From a virus, in IMG/VR virus record IMGVR_UViG_3300024255_000001: DNA of 64,000 nt; one strand, given 5' to 3'. Every line of letters starts with the position of its first letter. Position 1 is the first letter of the stretch. This document shows, one piece after another, positions 18,669-25,785 of this stretch. The notes beneath the pieces were generated by a model. It was given only the letters and a program-made list of their open reading frames with translations, was not told the origin of the DNA and did no database searches. Position numbers and translations under genes: made by a program.

Positions 18669-19887
18669 AAAATTCTGCTACTTTTTTCTTATATGCTTCT
18701 ACTGTTATACCAGCTTCTGCAATTATTTTATCATCGGAAGGATGGTGTTTCATTCCATTAAATGTTTCTACTAGCCCTAAGTCTAACATTGCTTTTTGTC
18801 TACCGAATGGATGGTCTTTAATTACTGAAGAATTCCAAACTCCGTCCATATCAATATGTGCGTAGTCAGCTCCTGGTCTCATATAGTTTTCAATCCATCT
18901 AATAAAGTCACATGCTACATCTTCTGCGTTATACGGCAGAGAGCCTGTTTGTTCATATATTTTAGTCATCACTGCATCTAGAAAAGGTTCTGATTTCTTA
19001 CCCTTGCCTTCTACAGGATCTGCTAGATAACCAATACATTCTATTGCATTCGTACCATAGTAGAACATTGAGTCCTTATTAACATACTGTGGAAACCAAT
19101 CTGCTACATCTGCTAAGACTGCTGCATATTGGAATTTATATTGTCTTAATCCGTTTGCAACATTCCAATCAAACATCCATTGGCCCAATTCTCTTAGGTC
19201 TTTCTTACCACCCTCTTCTAAGAACTTAGCCATATCTCTAGCTAAGCGTGGTGCAAATTCACATAGGAAATAATCACCGCCTCTCTTGTAAGTAAACTGA
19301 GGGCCTTCGAACCCCGTCATCCCAACAAAGACTTCCTCGTTTTGCTGTGGAATTGGGGGTTTTGGGAATGCTGGGAATTGATACCCAACTGAAGTGTAGA
19401 ATGGCTTGGTTGCTGCCTTAACCTGCTCACACATTTGTTCTATAGAATCAGATTGCCACAAGTCGAATAGTAGCGTGTTGTGATAGCCGCTAGGCTTGGT
19501 AGCATAGTTAATTGCAGATCCACATACTCTATGCAGTATGAATAAGTAGAGCCATTCTGGTAGGCCGAAGACATCTTGTTTACCAGTCCAGTTGGTAGCG
19601 ACTTCCTTGCGCTGTTCCGTAACTAAACCAGCCTGCATTCTTGGCCAATACGGATGTGCTTCAGTCCAACCGTAAAAAGCATCATTCACGATTTGACTAA
19701 ACCCAGCATACTTCCTTTCAACCACATCATACAGCTCGATATGTTCCATCAGCGGATCGTCCATCCTGGACTCGGCATGTGGAATATGGCCTAGGTTACT
19801 CTTTTTCTGCTGGTCTAAGGCTAACTCATAATACCTGATAAACTCATCATAGTATTTAGTAGTCTTAATTTTACACGTCGTACTCAT
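18658..19887 (-). CDS. aGPT-Pplase-like (amine/amino acid:DNA transferase, glycosylase-like helical fold)
   Basis: DDPL...DVVER, LHR, FQYAAVLAD, GTNA..C, AEDVACDF.RW occur in the order of the aGPT-Pplase1 pattern (DPIL..NVxR, FR, F....D, GPGA, E..LCEF.KY); coupled to the PLP enzyme. Confidence 0.5.
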   Translation of the reverse strand: MSTTCKIKTTKYYDEFIRYYELALDQQKKSNLGHIPHAESRMDDPLMEHIELYDVVERKYAGFSQIVNDAFYGWTEAHPYWPRMQAGLVTEQRKEVATNWTGKQDVFGLPEWLYLFILHRVCGSAINYATKPSGYHNTLLFDLWQSDSIEQMCEQVKAATKPFYTSVGYQFPAFPKPPIPQQNEEVFVGMTGFEGPQFTYKRGGDYFLCEFAPRLARDMAKFLEEGGKKDLRELGQWMFDWNVANGLRQYKFQYAAVLADVADWFPQYVNKDSMFYYGTNAIECIGYLADPVEGKGKKSEPFLDAVMTKIYEQTGSLPYNAEDVACDFIRWIENYMRPGADYAHIDMDGVWNSSVIKDHPFGRQKAMLDLGLVETFNGMKHHPSDDKIIAEAGITVEAYKKKVAEFYGA

Positions 19888-20053
19888 TCACTTCTAGTAT
19901 TTCCCAATTTAAGGCTCTCCGGTTTCTTTGATATTGTTCCATCGACCATTCAATATTGTCTGTTGTCAACTCAATATTATATGGAGCATCTCCGCGACCG
20001 AAAGTTTTTTCTATTGCAAGATTAGGTGTTATTTTAATTTTATATGTTTTCAT
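19871..20053 (-). CDS. Small hypothetical protein
   Basis: 60 aa, overlaps neighbours on both sides. Confidence 0.6.
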   Translation of the reverse strand: MKTYKIKITPNLAIEKTFGRGDAPYNIELTTDNIEWSMEQYQRNRRALNWEILEVNEYDV

Positions 20054-20226
20054 ATTTGGTTGCCAAGTATCTGTCTCGTATTTAATTCAGAAGCTATTGT
20101 AGCCGCTGCCGATAACAGATGATTAAGGTTATGCTTTAATAAACTATCAGAGATATTCTCATCTCCATAAGTCTGTAAACTATTATGTGCAATTTCTACA
20201 CTTTGTTTAATACCGTTTATATCCAT
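20050..20226 (-). CDS. Small hypothetical protein (58 aa, not in ORF track)
   Basis: MDINGIKQSVEIAHNSL...LGNQI; ATGA overlap with the next gene. Confidence 0.6.
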   Translation of the reverse strand: MDINGIKQSVEIAHNSLQTYGDENISDSLLKHNLNHLLSAAATIASELNTRQILGNQI

Positions 20227-20236
20227 GTTATTATTT

Positions 20237-20401
20237 TTAATTATTCCATCTTCTTAAGATATTCCAAACAATTAATATATTACAAATTATAGCTTGTAAT
20301 ACAATAAGTGTCCTAAACACCGCAACAGCATCTGCCTTTTTATCGTCCTCTCCGGCTTTTTCACCAAGCGCTCTTGCCCAGTACTTCCAAAGCTTTTTCA
20401 T
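20237..20401 (-). CDS. Small membrane protein of the WxxWAxALGEK type (54 aa, not in ORF track)
   Basis: MKKLWKYWARALGEKAGEDDKKADAVAVFRTLIVLQAIICNILIVWNILRRWNN; one hydrophobic helix. Confidence 0.7.
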   Translation of the reverse strand: MKKLWKYWARALGEKAGEDDKKADAVAVFRTLIVLQAIICNILIVWNILRRWNN

Positions 20402-20403
20402 TT

Positions 20404-21480
20404 TTAGAAAAGTGCTTGAGTTACTGGCTTTAATTTCTGATTGGGTTCATCTTTTGCTAAATCCCAACGATAATACTCACGAGCGATATGAACTGACTTA
20501 GGCTTTTCCATTACGTCAAATGTTAACTCTCCAAAAGAGTTTAAAAAGACTGTTGGGTGTTGCCATGTTGACCATCCATTTCTCTCGCACATTGCTTCTA
20601 CTAACTTGTTAAATTCTTTTACAAGTTCAGTTCTCTCTGCCCAAGTACCAGCAAAAGGAGTACCTTTATAGTAGCCGGTTTTTGGTAGAGGTCTAGACTC
20701 ATTCTCAATTGGAAGAGCCTGAATAACTTCAATATTTTCGATTTCTAAATCGATTAATTGTTTTTCATAATTAGATACCATATCCTTTAAAGATTTCGAT
20801 GGATTATCTTGTCTCATTAGGTGGTGTCTTATATCTATATTCCCTAGATATATGCGTAGTGTTGTAATATTTTCTGGTACATAAGATCTAATACCTCTTC
20901 TTAAAGTTCCAAAAAGAGTTAGGCCATCATGTCTATCAGTCATATAACCAGGTGTATATTGGCTAAAACTATGCGAGTCTCCAAAACAGAGTTTATCTGT
21001 ATTTTGTATTCTATCTACTTTAGGAATACTAGCACATATTGCCTTAGCGTCTTCTATTTGTGTCTCAAGTGTTTTAAAAAGATCTGAACCTGTCTTTAAA
21101 CGTTTCTCAATTAGAGTACCTACACAAGGCATATCATGGTGGAGCGAATACATTCGTATACCGGGAGCGAACATTCTAATGATTTGATGGTATAAGTCAT
21201 CGTTCGCCCCACCGAAGATATTAAAATTGCCTTTAAATTCCATTCCGTGTTCAATAAGAATCACGTCGAAATCGTCTGCCTTCCAAGCTGAGCTATCTGT
21301 AATTACAGAAACACTGAAGTAACCAGCATGTTTTAATTGATTTGCTAGATGGAATGCCCATCCAGATTTATGTGAAGTTAGTTTGCTACTAAGTTTTCCA
21401 ACTAGTGCAGAAATACCGACACGTATATTAGTGTCTTTCTCTAGATCTGAAAAATAGACTAGGTTATTATTTGTCTCCAT
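20404..21480 (-). CDS. Two-domain protein: BGT-like N-terminal domain plus SGNH-hydrolase/acyltransferase-like domain
   Basis: N-half DDFDVILI...FNIFGG...MYSLHHDMP; C-half FGDSH, G, GNID, SVH blocks. Confidence 0.5.
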   Translation of the reverse strand: METNNNLVYFSDLEKDTNIRVGISALVGKLSSKLTSHKSGWAFHLANQLKHAGYFSVSVITDSSAWKADDFDVILIEHGMEFKGNFNIFGGANDDLYHQIIRMFAPGIRMYSLHHDMPCVGTLIEKRLKTGSDLFKTLETQIEDAKAICASIPKVDRIQNTDKLCFGDSHSFSQYTPGYMTDRHDGLTLFGTLRRGIRSYVPENITTLRIYLGNIDIRHHLMRQDNPSKSLKDMVSNYEKQLIDLEIENIEVIQALPIENESRPLPKTGYYKGTPFAGTWAERTELVKEFNKLVEAMCERNGWSTWQHPTVFLNSFGELTFDVMEKPKSVHIAREYYRWDLAKDEPNQKLKPVTQALF

Positions 21481-21799
21481 ATCCAGCGTTTGCGTCAGTT
21501 AAATTAATTGGCTTTTCAGTTTCACCATAGCCATACTTCTTAATATAATTGTCAAGACCGCCGATGTATGCGACAGCATCTAGAAGATTATCTTCTTTAT
21601 AGTTGTAAGAATGTCTGCTTAATTTAAGTGCGACAAGCGCTGCATACATATCGGAACCTGACCATTCTTTACCGGTCATTCCTGAACAGATCATCGCGGC
21701 ACGTCTCATGCCTTCTTCGAAAGGACCGTACATACGTTCTTTCTCTTCGGATCTGTTGTTAATAATTTCGTCTGCTGTTTTTAGAATGTTCTTGCTCAT
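21467..21799 (-). CDS. DUF6378-like all-alpha protein (possible nucleotide pyrophosphohydrolase)
   Basis: IL..A..II..R...YG...LKLSR....DNLLDAVAY pattern. Confidence 0.6.
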   Translation of the reverse strand: MSKNILKTADEIINNRSEEKERMYGPFEEGMRRAAMICSGMTGKEWSGSDMYAALVALKLSRHSYNYKEDNLLDAVAYIGGLDNYIKKYGYGETEKPINLTDANAGYGDK

Positions 21800-21823
21800 A
21801 AAATAACTAATTAAATCTTAATT

Positions 21824-21851
21824 ATTATAGAGAAGAATGCTAGTTTGTTTC
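21824..21851 (-). promoter_or_regulatory. GAAACAA-N15-TATAAT promoter for the modification operon
   Basis: Recurrent motif; 19 bp identical to the promoter at 22559-22586. Confidence 0.7.
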
Positions 21852-21852
21852 A

Positions 21853-22536
21853 CTAATTAATATTAATATGGACAATAACTTCGTTGTAGTATTCTAGGAA
21901 ACGTTCGTTCCATAGGTTCCATTTAATATCAGTACCATCTATTGCATAAATTTCATGGTTAGGGAAAAGTTTAAGATATAAATCTCTGAACTGTCTGAAT
22001 TTTTCTTTAGTCTCTGGTGTGTTTAAATGCCACTCTCCGACTACAAAATCTACATTATCTTTTATCCAAAATAAATTATCGACGTTAAAAATATCATATT
22101 CTCCTCCTTCGCAATCTGTTTTTAAGAAGTTAATTCTATCAATATTATTTTCTTTTATTAGGGTATCGAACCTAATAGATGGTATTTCTATATTTTGTCC
22201 ATTAGCACCAAATACTTCACTAATAGTAATAGTACCATCTACTGGTCCGATACCCTTTTCAATAATGGTTACATTATCTTGGTACACATTTTCCTTTAGA
22301 GTCTCATGTTCTAAATGAGATGGCTCTACGCAAATAACTTGTTTTGGATCTTTATTAAGAATACTATATGTAAATGGACCGATGCTTGCTCCTATATCTA
22401 AAACCACATCATCGGCTTTTACCTCTCTAACCTGTTCATAACATTTATCAATAAAGATCTCTTGAACTAAAGAGTTTTTATGCATTTTAGCTAGATTGGT
22501 AAATTCGTCCATCCAGCCCCATTTAAAAATAGCCAT
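21853..22536 (-). CDS. FkbM-family SAM-dependent methyltransferase
   Basis: VLDIGASIG, VEP, LKTDCEGGE, EWH motifs. Confidence 0.88.
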   Translation of the reverse strand: MAIFKWGWMDEFTNLAKMHKNSLVQEIFIDKCYEQVREVKADDVVLDIGASIGPFTYSILNKDPKQVICVEPSHLEHETLKENVYQDNVTIIEKGIGPVDGTITISEVFGANGQNIEIPSIRFDTLIKENNIDRINFLKTDCEGGEYDIFNVDNLFWIKDNVDFVVGEWHLNTPETKEKFRQFRDLYLKLFPNHEIYAIDGTDIKWNLWNERFLEYYNEVIVHININ

Positions 22537-22558
22537 ATAATTTTATTGGTATTATCTA

Positions 22559-22586
22559 GTTATACTCAAGAATGCTAGTTTGTTTC
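22559..22586 (-). promoter_or_regulatory. GAAACAA-N15-TATAAC promoter for the FkbM gene
   Basis: Recurrent motif; duplicate of 21824-21851. Confidence 0.7.
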
Positions 22587-23272
22587 TAGAGTTCGTAGAT
22601 AACCGGGACTCCATTTTCAATACAAAGATACTCGTAAGGAAGTGTATCAATAAAATAGTGGTTATCGTCATAGTCAATTAGATGCATGTGTGTATGTCCT
22701 ACGATTTGAATCCAAGACTCATGAAGAGGAGAACTTTTTAGAGATCTAGGGCGAATCCACATTGGACCTTCTCCTGGATCGTCACCGTAAATATTCTTAC
22801 CCCCATGATTAAAAGACCTCTTATCGTAGGACCAAAGCTCATTAACTTGATCTGCAATATCACCCAATCTACTATTATCTGGAAATACAGACTCGTACCA
22901 TTCTTTAGAAATACCAGCATGTGAAAATAGGTATCTACCAGAAGAATATGCAACTTGTAAATGGTGTTTATTTTCTTTTAATAGTTCACTAATTTCTGGA
23001 GCGAACATATAGTTATAGCCGCCATATCGGCCACCACACTCTGACATATAATGGAAATCGTGATTACCAATTAACATAGTAACTTTAATCTTTGATGCTT
23101 CTTTCCACTCAATAATCTCTTTAAAATTAAAGATCTGCTCAGCATGTGAAACAGAGAACGAGTCAAAGTAATCACCAATGAATACAAACTCAGTAGCATC
23201 ACCATGTGTTTGCATAATTCGCTTCCATGAATCATGTCCATGAATATCTCCAATAACTACTATTTTACTCAT
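22586..23272 (-). CDS. Calcineurin-like metallophosphoesterase
   Basis: GDIHG, GDYFD, GNHD, HAG, GHT motifs. Confidence 0.9.
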   Translation of the reverse strand: MSKIVVIGDIHGHDSWKRIMQTHGDATEFVFIGDYFDSFSVSHAEQIFNFKEIIEWKEASKIKVTMLIGNHDFHYMSECGGRYGGYNYMFAPEISELLKENKHHLQVAYSSGRYLFSHAGISKEWYESVFPDNSRLGDIADQVNELWSYDKRSFNHGGKNIYGDDPGEGPMWIRPRSLKSSPLHESWIQIVGHTHMHLIDYDDNHYFIDTLPYEYLCIENGVPVIYEL

Positions 23273-23426
23273 CGTCTTTATTTTTATGTTTATTCTTTCT
23301 TGAGTACTTAGTTTTATCTGATACTGTTTGTTGTGTCATCTTCTTAGAAATATGATGCGCAGCCTCACCCGGAGACCATCCTCCGTTGAAGTCTAATTTG
23401 TCATCATGTTTCTTTTTCTTGTTCAT
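23265..23426 (-). CDS. 53-aa basic protein with an ArfA-like KYxRKxKH motif (not in ORF track)
   Basis: MNKKKKHDDKLDFNGGWSPGEAAHHISKKMTQQTVSDKTKYSRKNKHKNKDDE; stop overlaps the phosphoesterase start. Confidence 0.6.
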   Translation of the reverse strand: MNKKKKHDDKLDFNGGWSPGEAAHHISKKMTQQTVSDKTKYSRKNKHKNKDDE

Positions 23427-23433
23427 CACAGTA

Positions 23434-23474
23434 CTAATATAATAAAAAAGCCTGACATAAAAAAATATCAGGCT
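23434..23474 (-). promoter_or_regulatory. Terminator hairpin (23449-23474) overlapping a possible Bacteroidota-type early promoter
   Basis: AGCCTGA/TCAGGCT stem plus U-tract; TATATTAG at 23434-23441 resembles the TAnnTTTG -7 box; the -33 box is only TTTT. Confidence 0.45.
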
Positions 23475-23498
23475 AATTATTTTGTAAAAAGTTTGTCC

Positions 23499-25217
23499 TT
23501 ATAGTGGCCAAATCATGGATGTGCCTGCATCATACCATTCACTATACCACCCTTTTTTATTAAGTTCCTTTTCCCACTTGTTATCTACACCAAACGTTCT
23601 GTTCTTGTAGTCTTCAGAGTAGTAGTCATAAATTACTCTACCCTTATACTCGTCCATATTTTCACCTGAAACCCAGATACCACCTTGAGAACCGTTAAAC
23701 TCTTCAGTAGTTCTTACAAAGTCCATATACTTTTCGATCCACTTAATCATAGCATCTCTATCCAGTTTCTTTTCGGTAACCAATGATTCTGCAAATGCTT
23801 CAATATCCCATTGAATTCTTTGCATTACATCTTCACCTCTAAATTCTTTCTTAGCCCATTGTAATAGACCTGGTTCATGTTTAGCATTTTGTGCCATATC
23901 GAATGCATTCTTCCAACCATCATTAGAAGCTACATCTTCAATCCATTGATCGTATTTCTTTCTATTCCATCTTACTGTCTTAACAGCTTTCTTGTGTGGT
24001 CCGTCTCCTAATGTAGAAGTGGCAGCGTCATAAGAACCTGGAATAAAAACTCCTAAGTCTTTACCGTCACCATATTTAATCTCTTTTCTAAATCTTCTTA
24101 AAGAATATTCACCACCTTCAATTTGCTTTCTTCTTGAAACTTCTCCCTGAGATGTACCGATTGCAATCTTCATATCTTCAGCTTTCTTTGGATCAGTTTC
24201 AAAATGTAAATCTCTTACTGCGTTTTCAAGTAAGGCCTCTTCATAAATTTTGGAGTCTGTCGCCTCTGACATCATTTCCTCTTGAGCGAACTTGTTATAC
24301 TCTTTTGACCACTTCTTCCATTCAGCATCAGTAGCATAGTCTTCTAATACATCGACTACATCTTTATTACCTTTTTGTTCGATAACTTGATCTGCAATCC
24401 ATCTACCTGCTTTTGCGTTTAAGTAGTAAAGTGCTCCGGCATCAGAGAATTTGTAAGCTTCAGTTAACCATGCCATTGCAGAATGCCAACAGTCTTCAAT
24501 ATCTTTACGTCTAAAACCAGCAGTATCTAATGTACCCCAAAAACCATAGGATTCATTAACATCATCAATTGAATATTGATTTTTCTTACCAAACTTAAAT
24601 GCCTCGCTAACCAATGATTCACTTACAAATAAATTAAACTGTGTATATAGATTAAAGTTTTCCATCTCTAATTTCTTTTTTGTTTTATCTTTCTTAGTCT
24701 CTTCCTCGTCATCATCAATATCTGCGACAGCAGGAACATCACCAGAACCTACACCACCATCAGAAGGTAGAACCACAGGGCCCATACCGCCTATATTAGC
24801 ACTAGGTGTAATATTTTGTGCTGCAAGTGCAACATTTTCATCTACTGCAACACCTCGCTTTTTTAAGATCTTTTCAATTTCTTGGTAAGCTTTCTTGTAT
24901 TCCGATTTAGAGTAGTGCATTCCTTTAGCATAGTTAGCATAACCATCTAATGCTCCATTATACATTCCTAGTAATTCTTCATCTGACATACTATTATTAA
25001 ATACAAACGGGCCAATAAATGCTTCATCTACCGTCTCTGGTAAATTATCATGTTTTGTTGAAGCGTATTTCTTTAGATCTTTCTTTGTCATTTCGTCTGA
25101 TAATGATTTTACTTTGTCTCTGTAAGCTGGGTCGATGTCTGAGATTTCCATGTCGCCGGATTTAACAGCGTATGCCATTCCCATTAATCTTTGTTGTGAC
25201 TTACTTACAGAAGGCAT
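23499..25217 (-). CDS. Multi-module probable internal head protein with DUF3008-like N-terminus
   Basis: PSVSKSQQRLMGMA..KYASTKH..LPE start; modules separated by VDE, ESLVSE, LLE, ESLVTE. Confidence 0.55.
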   Translation of the reverse strand: MPSVSKSQQRLMGMAYAVKSGDMEISDIDPAYRDKVKSLSDEMTKKDLKKYASTKHDNLPETVDEAFIGPFVFNNSMSDEELLGMYNGALDGYANYAKGMHYSKSEYKKAYQEIEKILKKRGVAVDENVALAAQNITPSANIGGMGPVVLPSDGGVGSGDVPAVADIDDDEEETKKDKTKKKLEMENFNLYTQFNLFVSESLVSEAFKFGKKNQYSIDDVNESYGFWGTLDTAGFRRKDIEDCWHSAMAWLTEAYKFSDAGALYYLNAKAGRWIADQVIEQKGNKDVVDVLEDYATDAEWKKWSKEYNKFAQEEMMSEATDSKIYEEALLENAVRDLHFETDPKKAEDMKIAIGTSQGEVSRRKQIEGGEYSLRRFRKEIKYGDGKDLGVFIPGSYDAATSTLGDGPHKKAVKTVRWNRKKYDQWIEDVASNDGWKNAFDMAQNAKHEPGLLQWAKKEFRGEDVMQRIQWDIEAFAESLVTEKKLDRDAMIKWIEKYMDFVRTTEEFNGSQGGIWVSGENMDEYKGRVIYDYYSEDYKNRTFGVDNKWEKELNKKGWYSEWYDAGTSMIWPL

Positions 25218-25218
25218 A

Positions 25219-25773
25219 TTATTTTGCGTCTATTTGGATATATTCTGAATCTCTGATTTCAAGATTATTATTACCAACTTGGCTATCATATTCACCATAG
25301 ATAACATCCTTGCTATTTGCTAATGGAGAATTCATCATTCCAGTTTTATCAATCTTCTTGTATAACTTGTTACCGTTAACATCATCCGGGAAACCAACAT
25401 TAATTACCATCTCGTTGTACTTTGCGTAAGATATGTATAAAGCGCCAGAACCGTCTGAACTGTTTAATCCATTGATTTCATCAACTTTCCATTCTTCAGT
25501 TAAGTTAGCTGTTACAAATAATACTGACTCCATGTCTTTTGCTCCTTTTTCAACAGCATCTAAAATAATCTTTTCAGCATCTTTCTTAAAACCGCTCCAT
25601 TCTTTATTAACTTCTTTTAAAGTTGCAGCTGAATCTCCTTCATATTTAACTTTTGCAATTTCTTGTTTAAAGGCTTGCATTACTTTACCTATAATGCCTT
25701 TAGCCGCATAGATTCCTGTCATTCTATATGACTTTTCGTTTAAAAATTGTTCGAATGTTGGGATTGTTTTCAT
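25219..25773 (-). CDS. Probable internal head protein
   Basis: Begins MKTIPTFEQFLNE, resembling the T4 internal-protein capsid-targeting sequence. Confidence 0.55.
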   Translation of the reverse strand: MKTIPTFEQFLNEKSYRMTGIYAAKGIIGKVMQAFKQEIAKVKYEGDSAATLKEVNKEWSGFKKDAEKIILDAVEKGAKDMESVLFVTANLTEEWKVDEINGLNSSDGSGALYISYAKYNEMVINVGFPDDVNGNKLYKKIDKTGMMNSPLANSKDVIYGEYDSQVGNNNLEIRDSEYIQIDAK

Positions 25774-25785
25774 ATCTCTATTATA

